DNA of 64,000 nucleotides from an uncultured virus (IMG/VR IMGVR_UViG_3300023240_000015) (taxonomy: Duplodnaviria > Heunggongvirae > Uroviricota > Caudoviricetes): IMG/VR virus record IMGVR_UViG_3300023240_000015; one strand, given 5' to 3'. The position numbers and the translations under genes are program-made. Below, piece by piece: positions 42,976-54,334 of the stretch. Within the stretch, counting starts at the first letter, position 1. Each line of letters opens with the position of its first letter. The notes beneath the pieces are model-generated. The model was given only the letters and a program-made list of their open reading frames with translations, ran no database searches and had not been told where the DNA came from.

Positions 42976-43760
42976 ATTAATGTCCAGACATTGTTAATAT
43001 TTATATATTCTACTTTTATGTTTCTAGGTATAAACCCATCGGACATATATCTACTATAATTCAGATTCAAGGTCGTCTGTCCCCCTAACGATCTACATGT
43101 TACCGATCCTGATTTACTCTCACCTCTCACATCGCAATTGTTACATAGGTTGCAACTTGGTATATCTTTGTTACCATCAGCATCCGGGTGATTACATTTC
43201 ACCTGACCTATATTGCATCTACCACAGCTTATACCACGAGAACTGTAGATATAACAGCTTTCATAATAACTTCTCTGGAATTTAAAGTCGAAATTCACAT
43301 TTTTGAATAGGTTAATACAAACAACTAGTTTTTGATTCATGTAGAAATCCGTGGGTGGGAAAACATAATCTAACCAATTTTTGATAACAACCGTTTCGTA
43401 GTTGTTTGTATAAGAATACCAATCATCCATAACAATTAATTTCGGATATATAATTTCTAAGGGAGTTTGCCAATAAGAACTTGTAGACTCTACCGTGGAA
43501 TACGCACTATTCCAACTAGCACTTAAAGTGTGGATATTATCGAAGGCTTTTAAAATATTTGCGCTATTTACCGTAAACGTGGTATATATGTTATAAAAAT
43601 CGTTGGCATATGTTTCTAAATTTAGTAAACTAGAAGACAATCCAGAGAAATTCGCATTCATTATTTGATACGAATCACCCAGACATAAATTTTCATCTAT
43701 TAGATAAACATTTGAACATGCATCGTTTGCGGATATATTAAAATCGGTTAATTTTGACAT
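42972..43760 (-). CDS. Structural protein, paralogue 3 (Cys-rich insert)
   Basis: LCLGDSYQIMNANF..L; Cys-rich insert. Confidence 0.7.
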   Translation of the reverse strand: MSKLTDFNISANDACSNVYLIDENLCLGDSYQIMNANFSGLSSSLLNLETYANDFYNIYTTFTVNSANILKAFDNIHTLSASWNSAYSTVESTSSYWQTPLEIIYPKLIVMDDWYSYTNNYETVVIKNWLDYVFPPTDFYMNQKLVVCINLFKNVNFDFKFQRSYYESCYIYSSRGISCGRCNIGQVKCNHPDADGNKDIPSCNLCNNCDVRGESKSGSVTCRSLGGQTTLNLNYSRYMSDGFIPRNIKVEYININNVWTLI

Positions 43761-43761
43761 A

Positions 43762-46700
43762 TTATACCCATTCTATTTTATTCAACCCACTATAAGATGG
43801 GATGATTTTCTTAACAACATTTTTTAACGATTCCTCGATAATTAATTTTAAAGAGTTGTCAACTTCCATATTATGAATATTTATGTTGAAGTGTCTACTT
43901 TTCAAACCAGTAAGTTGCATCTTGTACCACTTATCAACACATTCGATGAAATTCCTCTCACCCGTTGGCATGTTCCAATGTAATGGGATAGGTTTTACCG
44001 AATATGGAAATGTGAAGTATAATGCTCTAATCTGGTTAGATGTAAGTGCCTTAGAATATATACGTAGATCCGAAACCTTACCTATAAATTTATATGAATT
44101 GTTAATTCTGATCACATCATTCAATATTTTATTTTTAACCGTATTGGCACCCAACAGAAGCGGAGATCTATAAGAAAAAGCTAATTTATATATATATTTA
44201 TCAAATTTTACAGAGTCCACCAATATACTATCTATGTAATAACTTGCTTCACCTTTAAGAGTATCGAATGCAAAGGTAAACATGTGCCAACCTTTGTATA
44301 AATTTTTCGCTGTGTGCTTCAATGTTATATTTCTATTATCGGTTCCATCCAACTTGGAAATTTTGAATTTCCATGCCAATGATTTATCGGAGTAGCCATA
44401 TTTTCTGAGATATTGGTATCCGGTAAAATCTCCTTCGGCATAGTATTTAAAATCGCCAGAATCTTTTCCATCTCGCAAATTCATTTTAGATAACATATCA
44501 CCATTTTGATTGATTATGTAAATTTCATTATCAAAATTATCAACAATGACCGCCAAATCTTCGGAAATTTTTCCATTAGGAACTTTCAAGAAGTCTATCG
44601 TTCTGAATTTATCAGGAATACTTGCCAATACGCACGGATCTTCTGGTAAAGATGATCGAGTCCCTATTCTTAAACTAAAGGTGAATGCATCAATAGAAGT
44701 ATTTAATTTTGAAACCGTATCTTGCCCATGTAAAATCCATAGATTGTCTAGAGCATCAAATAATATTTCTTGAACAAGTCCTACATTACCATATATCTGT
44801 TTATTCTTATATAGATTTCCACCAACAATTTCCCATAGATTATTAGAACTATCTATATCAGCAAATGATCCATAACAATCAATTAAATTATCATTCAAAT
44901 CAATCTGGAAAGAATTTCCGGTTATAGATCTTGTATTTGTGTAATTTCCATCACTATCCAGAACCAATATATTATGATTGTCTTTATCATATAAATACAA
45001 ACTCTGGGCGGAATCTATTTTTACTTGTGTGATGGTACTCAATGTGGGTGATATGTCAGAGGTTGGTATAACATCCAAAAGTTTTCCTTCAATGTCATAT
45101 CGTCTACCTATCAAATTAATACAATCAAAAACCCAATAATCGAAATTAGGCAATTTTTGTATAATTCTATTTTCTTGATCATCAAGAGGTTCAAACATCA
45201 CCTCATCAATTTCTAACATTCGGTAATTATATGTAGATATTTTTCCTGCGGTGTTTTCAACTATGGTGAACAGTGGTGATGGGTATGCAGAACTATTAAC
45301 AAATCCATATCCACCGTTGTAATAATTTCCGAAAATTTGTTCACCTTGTATATCAGACCAATCATCTACATTAACCCAAAGACTCGTTGTGAATTCGGTA
45401 TCGTTTAATAGAATATTATCAGACGAAAATACTGCATGGTTTTCACCATCCATAACCCAATAATCCCCTTTGAAGTTATCAAAATTATTGTAGAATACTA
45501 ACCCATCGTGTTTATACGGAGTCTCATCGAGAAGAGGATCAGAATTCCATTTTTTAATATGTAATATTTTTCCACCAAGTTCCATCGATGGGTCAAAATC
45601 AAAACTTTTTATATAGTCATCCACATCGTACTGACCAATTCTCATATATGAATATCGAATTCCCGGTTCGAAATACATGGTAGATATATCATCCCACATA
45701 TTAGTGGATATATTTCTATGTTTTGGATTGTAGACAACATTTCCAGCCGATATAGCTTGATCTAATGTGTAATACGCAGAATTATAAAACCTATCCATCC
45801 AAATAGAATCGCCTAAATGATTGCCACTCAACCAAGAACATGCCCATGTTCCATCAAATTTCTTGATGGTTGATGATGTTGCCAAGAATTCGGAATAGTC
45901 TATATTATTAACAAAAACTTTATCAGAATCAAATGGTATTTCACCGCTTTTGGCACCATCTTCGATTAACCCAGAATCCCCGATATATATTCTCGGTGCA
46001 TTGAATGGATAGAAAAATTTTGTATTTTTATTTGGGTCGAAAATTTGTTCGGCAGTCTTTCCTCGGTAGCCCAAAAAAACATTATCATTTCCGCCATATT
46101 GATTACTACCAGTAAAAATCTTATCGTAATCTCTTCGGGTGGATGAGTTGTTTAGATATGTCTCAGACCCTTTACTATAGGCATATTCGGGCGTTTGGTA
46201 GTTTTTAAGACCGTTGATATATAAAGGGTATCCATTATCAGTTTTATATTCGTAGGGAAAAATAACCAGATAATTTTGTTTATATTCTAGGTCGTCTATT
46301 CGTTTCAGAGATTCGGTTGATGTGATAGGGTTGTTTTCATACGTGACAACCGAGGTTTCTAACAATCCATAGTTGTTTAAAGCATCTGTAAATGCATACA
46401 TTTTTAAAATGTATAATGACGAGTTTGATGAGAATGTATTGTAGTTATAAGAACTAACTGATAGAGGATTTGTAGAAACTACGATTTTAGACCGATTGTA
46501 ACCATATGGATAAAGATATAGTAAATTATCATTTAAATTATAATCAAATTTTTGTAAATTTGAATCTGATATTATTTTTGGGATAAATGATAATGTATCA
46601 TCTGTTGGGTTATGTGTTAGATAAAAGTTCCTGTTATTTTTTATATGTAAATAATCAGAAACCTTTAAAAATGTTAATGTATCTGGGATATCCGCTACAG

Positions 46701-47034
46701 TTTTGTTGGTGAAGTGTAGATTATTCGATGATGTGGAAATAACAAAATTATTAGATGTTGTTATGGGCGAATCCATATTTGAAAAATTTAACTTTGATAT
46801 GACATCAGATGATTCAAAAATCTCTGAATTGGATCGGAGACTACTTAACAACAATCCACTTTTATTATTGAATGAGAAATCTTTGGCACCTGACAGAACG
46901 TTATATATAGACAATTTTAAACCATTATCTAAACAAACACTAGTACATTCCAAATTGGACTCCTGAGATACAGGTGAAAATTTGAAAAATTCTAGGTTTA
47001 CCGACGAAAATGAATTATATGATGAAACGATCAC
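43762..47034 (-). CDS. LamG/concanavalin-like domain virion protein
   Basis: FTTSLWVN, GWHMFTF...YYID...FIGKVSDLRIYSKALT. Confidence 0.75.
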   Translation of the reverse strand: MIVSSYNSFSSVNLEFFKFSPVSQESNLECTSVCLDNGLKLSIYNVLSGAKDFSFNNKSGLLLSSLRSNSEIFESSDVISKLNFSNMDSPITTSNNFVISTSSNNLHFTNKTVADIPDTLTFLKVSDYLHIKNNRNFYLTHNPTDDTLSFIPKIISDSNLQKFDYNLNDNLLYLYPYGYNRSKIVVSTNPLSVSSYNYNTFSSNSSLYILKMYAFTDALNNYGLLETSVVTYENNPITSTESLKRIDDLEYKQNYLVIFPYEYKTDNGYPLYINGLKNYQTPEYAYSKGSETYLNNSSTRRDYDKIFTGSNQYGGNDNVFLGYRGKTAEQIFDPNKNTKFFYPFNAPRIYIGDSGLIEDGAKSGEIPFDSDKVFVNNIDYSEFLATSSTIKKFDGTWACSWLSGNHLGDSIWMDRFYNSAYYTLDQAISAGNVVYNPKHRNISTNMWDDISTMYFEPGIRYSYMRIGQYDVDDYIKSFDFDPSMELGGKILHIKKWNSDPLLDETPYKHDGLVFYNNFDNFKGDYWVMDGENHAVFSSDNILLNDTEFTTSLWVNVDDWSDIQGEQIFGNYYNGGYGFVNSSAYPSPLFTIVENTAGKISTYNYRMLEIDEVMFEPLDDQENRIIQKLPNFDYWVFDCINLIGRRYDIEGKLLDVIPTSDISPTLSTITQVKIDSAQSLYLYDKDNHNILVLDSDGNYTNTRSITGNSFQIDLNDNLIDCYGSFADIDSSNNLWEIVGGNLYKNKQIYGNVGLVQEILFDALDNLWILHGQDTVSKLNTSIDAFTFSLRIGTRSSLPEDPCVLASIPDKFRTIDFLKVPNGKISEDLAVIVDNFDNEIYIINQNGDMLSKMNLRDGKDSGDFKYYAEGDFTGYQYLRKYGYSDKSLAWKFKISKLDGTDNRNITLKHTAKNLYKGWHMFTFAFDTLKGEASYYIDSILVDSVKFDKYIYKLAFSYRSPLLLGANTVKNKILNDVIRINNSYKFIGKVSDLRIYSKALTSNQIRALYFTFPYSVKPIPLHWNMPTGERNFIECVDKWYKMQLTGLKSRHFNINIHNMEVDNSLKLIIEESLKNVVKKIIPSYSGLNKIEWV

Positions 47035-47061
47035 TTAACTATTTATAGGGCCAATGTGATT

Positions 47062-47736
47062 TTAAATATATAAAACATTGGTGATTCGAGATGTGATTAA
47101 TGGTTGGTTAGGCAAAACCAAGTTTAAACTATCAAGTATCATCGTATTTTTGGTTTTCACATTCCACGATAACAAATTTACATCACTCAGGCTCGATGTG
47201 CTAAATACCAAACTTATATTAAAATTAGTAGTATCTTGATTATAGCAGACCTTTAGGCCATCCACGGTAGTAATAGGCTCTGATACGATATCGAATGCTA
47301 AATGACGTTTTTTGTCATATAGGTTGTTCAAAATATCAAATTCATAAATCTCAAAATTGAATTTATTATCGAGTGCAGACATTCCTCCAAAAAAAGTGTA
47401 TATTTTTTGGGTCGGTTCGTCGAACCAATAATCCAAACTACAATTCTTCGGTATTGTATGAGAATTGTTATAATTTAAAATAGGAACAGGAATATTATCA
47501 TCGTTGATGTAGAATTTATCGATAAAAAATGCACTGATTGTTTTTACCAATAAAACATCTTGAATAACATCTAAATCCTTGATGTGGTTGTCGGTTATAT
47601 TGGAATACAAATCATAATCAATATTTCGGTATTTTATCCCAAAACTTGATAGGGCTATGTTACATGATAATATTTTACCATCCGAAGATCTATACCAAGA
47701 TTCTCCTATATTGTTTTGTTTTTCGTATATTGTCAT
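47062..47736 (-). CDS. Hypothetical protein
   Basis: 224-aa ORF in operon. Confidence 0.7.
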   Translation of the reverse strand: MTIYEKQNNIGESWYRSSDGKILSCNIALSSFGIKYRNIDYDLYSNITDNHIKDLDVIQDVLLVKTISAFFIDKFYINDDNIPVPILNYNNSHTIPKNCSLDYWFDEPTQKIYTFFGGMSALDNKFNFEIYEFDILNNLYDKKRHLAFDIVSEPITTVDGLKVCYNQDTTNFNISLVFSTSSLSDVNLLSWNVKTKNTMILDSLNLVLPNQPLITSRITNVLYI

Positions 47737-47737
47737 A

Positions 47738-50700
47738 TTATTCTATTGTCATGTATTCTAACAGTTCTGTTAATAAGTTTAACATTTCTTCGGTTTTTAT
47801 GAAGTTGGTATCATCAATATTATCACCTTTATACACACCAAATTCGTTTCCGTATATATCACTTTTCCACTGAACCAAAACACCTCTATTTACCAAGAAT
47901 GTTTTAATTTTCTCTAGTAGAACTTCGACTGTTAGTTCATTTCTAAGAGTTAGATTATAAGAAGGATCGTTCCATTTTGCAGGATCGGCTGGATGCCATA
48001 ATTGTAAATCGTCTCCTTGTCTAGAAAGGCCGAAGTAATTTTTACCTTTGTTTTCGTAATCAGTCTGGTAAGGAAGCAATTTTTGAATCCTTTGTGGGTT
48101 TTTAATGATTCCGGCCCTATTGTTGTTGAAATATGACTCAGATATCCATCGATTATCTAATTCATCCAATTCCGAAATGGTGACCTGATCGTTTTTGGTT
48201 AATCCTCGATTACGGTTTCCATATTTGTTCAAATCATAATATAATCTTTCGGCGGATAATCCATCAACAATGGTTAGTTGTGAACTGGTTATTTTATAAG
48301 TGTACCCTCTACCAAGATAATGAGATGTTCCCAAATTTTCTGGTAATAGATAATGACCTACAGATTTTTCGGTGATACAATTTTTTGGAAATTCTTCAAT
48401 CGCGATTGTTGGAAAATGGACGTTTGTTAAATTATTATATGGGTTGGTTGGGTCGATATAATAACCCGTTAAGAATGTAACAAAACTATTAACATCTCGA
48501 TTACTATAATATAGGGGTTGAGAATATTTAAAAGGTTTTCGAGCGTAGTAATTATATTTAGCAGGTTTAAATTGTGAGTATCCTTCTAGAACCAAATCAC
48601 TGTCCTCAAAAGTTGGTATTGAAACCCGATCTATGGTTCCATTCTTTAAAATTTCTGATAAATTGGAAGTATTGGTTATGAATTCTAATTTTTTCCATCG
48701 ATTTACCTTAGTTGTGATAACAAAATCTAAAGGTTGATCCCATGAAAATTTATATAAATCTTTTCGATTATATGTTATTAGAGAATCGTTCTCCAAAATC
48801 ATCGGAGATACATTTGGTTGAGTTATTGGGGTATATTCTTCAAAATATCTAATATGTCCACCAAATATATTAGTTTCTTTATTGAATCGATTTTCAATGG
48901 TTTTATCGGAATATGCTTCACCCCAGAAAGGTTTAGCCCCAAAATTCAGACCTATGGATGTTAATGAGAATGTATTGGTTGTGTAATCCCACCCATCCAA
49001 TTTAAAATTAGTTGTGAAATTTATAGCAATGTTTGTGAAATCTGAATAACTATCGAATCCTCTATATGTAACAACGTCTTGATGGACATATGATAAGAAA
49101 TCACCCGCTCTTATTATCAAATCACTAACTTCACCATTTCCGGACCAGTTGCCATTTGCATCGCGAACCGCCTTCATCCATCTTGGTGATATAGGTCTAC
49201 ATCCATTAATTTTTCTTGATATGTGTTCAACGAAAGAGTTTATATCTCCATCGCCATATATCATATATCGTTGTAGGTTAAAATATGTTTGAATAGAATC
49301 TGTGGAAATTTCTTCCATAAGATTATTTAAATTAGCCAATTCACCAAAGTCTACGGAATGGATTTCCACACCCATAGATTTTACGAAATTTGCATATTCG
49401 ATTACACCAGAAGGTTCGTACGAATCTGAACCATCACTGATTATTAATATTTTTTTAGATGCGTCCGGTCTAGGCACGTTGAAAGATTTTGCAGATGAAC
49501 CACTATTTATAATGGTTGATGCTAAGGACTTACATAATTTTGAGAAATCTGCATATTCATCAGATCCTGTGGGTATGGGGGTGGTTAAGATATAGTAAGC
49601 CATTTCTAGGGCACCTTTAATGTTTGTGGCGTAATCCGGATAAATAGATTTGATGGAAACTTGATTTATATAGAAATTCAACACATCGGAATCTTTACTT
49701 AAATATCCAACAACAATTGTATCATTATCGAATGCAATAATCGATACTTTGGTGGTTGACCCTACGGAATATGCTATTAATTTTTTGGCCAATAACTTTA
49801 CAACATCCTTAGCATTGCCAAAAACATTTTCTTGTGTTTTGGAAATATCCCAAAGAATGACTATATCGCTTTTACCCGGATAACATAACCCAACAATTTT
49901 TTTGTAGGGGTACTTAACCACAAAATATGGTGCCGGATCATCAGTTGTATTATCTCGTCGTTGTGATGATCTATAGTACGTATAACGCTTCCCGGTTTTA
50001 AGGACCATTCGTTGACCATTACCGGTTTTCCAAAACCCATCACCCCAACCAACCTTAGAATCCCCTGAAGTTATTTTATAGAATGAGAATTGTGGACTAT
50101 TTTTTACGGTTAAGTTTCGGGTATCTTTCCAACTATTGAGGGCAAAATCTTCACCAACACCATCAGGATCGTGAAACAGAATATCAGCCATTCCGTTGTA
50201 TTCAAATATAGATTCTCCTTCGTGACCGATAGGAGAAAAATAAACCGACTTACAAGAACAGTTTTTGTAGTTGTTCTTGGCTAATGATTTTTTTAAATTG
50301 ATAAAACTTTGGTCGGTGTAATAATCATTAGAAATCTTACCATAAGGACAATCATCAGAATGTTTATAGAATTTAAAGACATCATCTGCATAGGTATCAA
50401 CATCGGTCCAAATAAAAGAAACCTTCTCAAGTGGATTAATTTTTAAAGATAGTGCTCCTTGGATCGGGCCTGATATATATTTGGAACATCTTACTGCCTC
50501 ATTTTCATAGACTGCAATATTGTCAATAGTCAGATCCAATTCATCGGTTAAAGATGTTTGTAAAAATGCTGCCTCCATTGGCTCTAAAGTCCTACTATTC
50601 AGTTTATAGATGACATCTGAGTCATTGAAAGATAAACCAGCCACAGCCCCTATAGAAGACCGAGAATCGACCTCATTGAGATTAATGGGAGCACAAACAT

Positions 50701-52261
50701 CATCCTTTATGGTTATCGGAAACTCTTCATCGGGTACATACACCATATAAGGCCAATAAACATACGAAATTCCTACCGATATTGGTAAATCGGTTTTTAA
50801 TGGTTTATATAAAAATGCCGATTCGATTGGACCTAATAAATCTTCGGAGTACACTGGACTTGTTTGCGAGGCCGATGACTTTTTTACTATCGTATCACTG
50901 TTAGTGTATAAATTTCCGGCAAATGCTCCCATATCAACCAAACTTGTTCTATTAAGAGTAATATCAGTAGAAGCCGACTGCGGAATGGTTTCTGTAAAAT
51001 ATGTTGTTAAAATTTGTTCGCGTTGACTATTATCCAAATCATAAAAATCTGGTAGAAATGAATCGTTGATGGAAAACCCATCCCATGACGATCCTTTGGT
51101 TTTCAATTTAAACCCTGCGAACGGGAATCTAAATTCTTTCGATTCTCCACCCATTATGGTAATAGACATTACATCAGAAACATCGTCCAATTGATCGCTC
51201 AACAACCAAGCACCCTCAACGCTACCATTCTTTTCGGTAAAAATTAAATCAGATTCTTCATAAGTTGTTCCGGCCTTTGCGCTAGATGCGAAAAATAAAG
51301 AATCGTTAATTTTAATAGGAGCATATACATTAGAAAATGTATAATCGTTTGTAATTATGTTACCACTAGGCCATAGAAACCAGTTATTACCAACGGTCAG
51401 GTCAATATCTAAACCCATATCAAAATTATTAGTTTCTGACAATCTAACAGCAGTCAATCCGTATATAGGCTCACCTAAATATCTTTTTGATGTCTCGACA
51501 AGTAATTGAGAAACGTTTGTAGAATTTTTAATATCTGATTCGATATATTTACCAATCAATTTAGAAAGATTTGAATTTGCTAGTCTAGGAATCAATCTAG
51601 ATGCTAATACTTTAGATAGTTCATCAACCGTTAAAGTTTCTAGAGGGATTTCCCCAAGGACCTCGGATATTTTTTGATATACACCAATATCAATAGTTGG
51701 GTCAGAATCTTGATAAAGAGTCGGGTCATGTAATTCCTCAACCTCGATATAAAAGTCATTTTTAACCGCTGATAATTGTGGAAGAATATTCAATAATTCA
51801 GATGCCGGAATTTGGGTAATGTTCCCATCTTTTTTAGTAAAACTTCTGAGAACGTAATCATATAACAATGTCTCTAACCCCTTGTTAGAACCGACCATGT
51901 TATATTTCAATTTTGCATTCTTGGTAGATTCTCTTTTGTTGATCAGAACCTTTGAAATTTCTTTTAATTTTTTGGCAAAGAATGGTATAGCATAGATAAC
52001 CTCGTCTTTGTTTTCAAAATCCACATCGCGAAGAAATCTATTTTCTTCAGATTCGCTGAATAGAAACGAAAGATCTTTTAAAAGTTGAACATATTCATCT
52101 TTGATAGTTTTCTTGGTTTCTGGATATATTAATTTCTTGTTTGCATACCACGATTTTAAATATTCTACATATTTTGGATGATCTGTATCCGAAATGTCGA
52201 TATTTTGACGATAAACCCATTCTTTATAGGTATATGGGTTGTTGGTATTTAAATCTATCAT
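47738..52261 (-). CDS. Large virion protein with von Willebrand A domain
   Basis: DIVILWDISKT MIDAS-like motif, TNIKGAL, ILIISDG. Confidence 0.75.
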   Translation of the reverse strand: MIDLNTNNPYTYKEWVYRQNIDISDTDHPKYVEYLKSWYANKKLIYPETKKTIKDEYVQLLKDLSFLFSESEENRFLRDVDFENKDEVIYAIPFFAKKLKEISKVLINKRESTKNAKLKYNMVGSNKGLETLLYDYVLRSFTKKDGNITQIPASELLNILPQLSAVKNDFYIEVEELHDPTLYQDSDPTIDIGVYQKISEVLGEIPLETLTVDELSKVLASRLIPRLANSNLSKLIGKYIESDIKNSTNVSQLLVETSKRYLGEPIYGLTAVRLSETNNFDMGLDIDLTVGNNWFLWPSGNIITNDYTFSNVYAPIKINDSLFFASSAKAGTTYEESDLIFTEKNGSVEGAWLLSDQLDDVSDVMSITIMGGESKEFRFPFAGFKLKTKGSSWDGFSINDSFLPDFYDLDNSQREQILTTYFTETIPQSASTDITLNRTSLVDMGAFAGNLYTNSDTIVKKSSASQTSPVYSEDLLGPIESAFLYKPLKTDLPISVGISYVYWPYMVYVPDEEFPITIKDDVCAPINLNEVDSRSSIGAVAGLSFNDSDVIYKLNSRTLEPMEAAFLQTSLTDELDLTIDNIAVYENEAVRCSKYISGPIQGALSLKINPLEKVSFIWTDVDTYADDVFKFYKHSDDCPYGKISNDYYTDQSFINLKKSLAKNNYKNCSCKSVYFSPIGHEGESIFEYNGMADILFHDPDGVGEDFALNSWKDTRNLTVKNSPQFSFYKITSGDSKVGWGDGFWKTGNGQRMVLKTGKRYTYYRSSQRRDNTTDDPAPYFVVKYPYKKIVGLCYPGKSDIVILWDISKTQENVFGNAKDVVKLLAKKLIAYSVGSTTKVSIIAFDNDTIVVGYLSKDSDVLNFYINQVSIKSIYPDYATNIKGALEMAYYILTTPIPTGSDEYADFSKLCKSLASTIINSGSSAKSFNVPRPDASKKILIISDGSDSYEPSGVIEYANFVKSMGVEIHSVDFGELANLNNLMEEISTDSIQTYFNLQRYMIYGDGDINSFVEHISRKINGCRPISPRWMKAVRDANGNWSGNGEVSDLIIRAGDFLSYVHQDVVTYRGFDSYSDFTNIAINFTTNFKLDGWDYTTNTFSLTSIGLNFGAKPFWGEAYSDKTIENRFNKETNIFGGHIRYFEEYTPITQPNVSPMILENDSLITYNRKDLYKFSWDQPLDFVITTKVNRWKKLEFITNTSNLSEILKNGTIDRVSIPTFEDSDLVLEGYSQFKPAKYNYYARKPFKYSQPLYYSNRDVNSFVTFLTGYYIDPTNPYNNLTNVHFPTIAIEEFPKNCITEKSVGHYLLPENLGTSHYLGRGYTYKITSSQLTIVDGLSAERLYYDLNKYGNRNRGLTKNDQVTISELDELDNRWISESYFNNNRAGIIKNPQRIQKLLPYQTDYENKGKNYFGLSRQGDDLQLWHPADPAKWNDPSYNLTLRNELTVEVLLEKIKTFLVNRGVLVQWKSDIYGNEFGVYKGDNIDDTNFIKTEEMLNLLTELLEYMTIE

Positions 52262-52295
52262 CTTCTATGATAATACTTATAACTAAGAAACCTTC

Positions 52296-53105
52296 TTACA
52301 AAGAAAGTATTATATTTTGGTAAAAACCCACCGTTGGTTTTTTATTAAGAATATAAAGATCCGAAAATTTATAAAAACATAAAAGCGGTGATGTGCTTGG
52401 AGATCCACTATCAATATATACAACAATCCCACCAATAGTTTCGGTGATCAAAGAATCTCCGAAAACTACTGTATCAGTTTTTAAAACATTTAAGTTGATA
52501 TATTTATTGATAATTGGTCCTTGTGTGACAACATCAGATGAAACATCCGAAAGAAATTCTTTCTCGATGTTTGGTGTGTGAGTGTTTTTAAGAAAACCAA
52601 CTTTAAGGGACACTGTTTGTAAATTTCCGAGTAACCCTCTCAACATCTTATCACTAGCTGTTCTATATAAGAATCTATTCGTTCCATAATAATCATCAGT
52701 ATCCCGTAAATAAAATATTTTTTTATTATTAAAGGCGTAAAAAACTTCACCGTATCCTGTAAAGTTTCCGATACTATGTGAGAATAATATCGGACTTGTT
52801 GATGGATTACCAGTATCTTTATATAAATAGAAATATGTGGTTGATCCAGAAATACCACCAGTAACATCGGGGAAAAAACAATCGGAAGATGTTAAAGATA
52901 TTGATTTAGAGGATGATGCCACACCAATATCAATAGTTATCGCAACACTAGAAAGAGTAAAACTCATTGAATGAATATTCGTAATATCTGAAAGAACATT
53001 TACATTATATTGGTAATCTTGAGTTAAAACACCCTTTATCAACATTGATGAGAAATCGAAATTACCGCTCAATAAATTCGACTGTGTGTTTGGGTATATA
53101 ATCAT
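52296..53105 (-). CDS. Structural protein with an internally duplicated domain
   Basis: YKDTGNPSTSPILF and YIDSGSPSTSPLLC repeats. Confidence 0.7.
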   Translation of the reverse strand: MIIYPNTQSNLLSGNFDFSSMLIKGVLTQDYQYNVNVLSDITNIHSMSFTLSSVAITIDIGVASSSKSISLTSSDCFFPDVTGGISGSTTYFYLYKDTGNPSTSPILFSHSIGNFTGYGEVFYAFNNKKIFYLRDTDDYYGTNRFLYRTASDKMLRGLLGNLQTVSLKVGFLKNTHTPNIEKEFLSDVSSDVVTQGPIINKYINLNVLKTDTVVFGDSLITETIGGIVVYIDSGSPSTSPLLCFYKFSDLYILNKKPTVGFYQNIILSL

Positions 53106-53143
53106 GTTAATTACTTATAAATGTTTTGATCATTTACCAATTA

Positions 53144-54334
53144 TTAACGAATCGTTCCGTATAAACTTTGTGTAATATTCTCCAAATTCATGGAAGGTGA
53201 AGAATTATTGGATATTATTATACCGTATAAACTTTGTGTAATATTCTTCAAATTCATGGAAGGTGAAGAATTATTGGATATTATTATACCGTCTGAACTT
53301 TGTGTAATATTCTTCAAATTCATGGAAGGTGAAGAATTATTGGATATTATTATACCGTCTGAACTTTGAAATATTGACCCTAAACTATTCTCGGTTTGTG
53401 AATTAGAACTTCTGAAAGTACCGTTACCACTATAAATAATTTGTTTGATATTCGATGAAGTACTTGAATTAGAACTTCTGAAAGTACCGTTACCACTATA
53501 AATAATTTGTTTGATATTCGATGAAATACTTGAATTGTTATGGTAGGAGAATCCATTATCAGATTTTATTATATCGCTAATATCATAATTTAAATCTATA
53601 ATATGTAAAATTGAATCTCCGCATGAATCATCAAGGATCTCTGCGTTGGGGTTATAATTTTCTCTATATGGGTTTGTGCAACCCGCGATTGGTGGTCTAT
53701 AACATTCTATAATTTTTCCATCTAAAGACTCATAATATATCTTAATATATGATTGTGTATCACTTTGTGGATAAAGTTCTAAAAAATTACCAATAGGACA
53801 TCCGTCATATAAATAATTGAATGGGTCATTTTCAGAATAAACTCTAATCCATGTAACGTTTTCGTGACACTTTCCTAGACCCCAACCCCCATTTTCATCA
53901 GGTCGTATATCACATACTAAAGATAATTGTAAAATATTGTTATTAGGTGAAGATTCTCTAATTTGTCTAGCTAATTCACTATTAATGGTTAATGATGTGT
54001 CTCTATCACCGCCACCAGGATCATTATTAAGGTCTGCCACACCTATTAAAACACCATTTCCTAATAATCTAAATCTAGCAGCGTTACATGAATGTCCACC
54101 TTGACAAGGCCCAGAGTTGTTAGAATATCTTACCTCTATTGTATAACCATCATAAAAAGACGTAGATTCTCCCGGTGATTCGAGAAGTCCTACTAATGCA
54201 CACGAAAACGATTCTCGGGGGATCGGTTGGACTATATCAACATAACCAACGGAACAATCTGATATTTTCGATAATATAGGAAAATTCCCAGAGAATGATC
54301 TATTTCCTTTAGAAAATTGCTTGAGATAATCCAT
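53144..54334 (-). CDS. Cys-containing protein with tandem-repeat C-terminus
   Basis: CQGGHSCNAARF, GCTNP...NYNPNA...DDSC. Confidence 0.7.
   Translation of the reverse strand: MDYLKQFSKGNRSFSGNFPILSKISDCSVGYVDIVQPIPRESFSCALVGLLESPGESTSFYDGYTIEVRYSNNSGPCQGGHSCNAARFRLLGNGVLIGVADLNNDPGGGDRDTSLTINSELARQIRESSPNNNILQLSLVCDIRPDENGGWGLGKCHENVTWIRVYSENDPFNYLYDGCPIGNFLELYPQSDTQSYIKIYYESLDGKIIECYRPPIAGCTNPYRENYNPNAEILDDSCGDSILHIIDLNYDISDIIKSDNGFSYHNNSSISSNIKQIIYSGNGTFRSSNSSTSSNIKQIIYSGNGTFRSSNSQTENSLGSIFQSSDGIIISNNSSPSMNLKNITQSSDGIIISNNSSPSMNLKNITQSLYGIIISNNSSPSMNLENITQSLYGTIR
53158..53537. repeat. 66-bp (22-aa) tandem repeats, two repeat types
   Basis: GIIISNNSSPSMNL(K/E)NITQS x3 and SNIKQIIYSGNGTFRSSNS x2, all with a 66-bp period. 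Confidence 0.9.
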
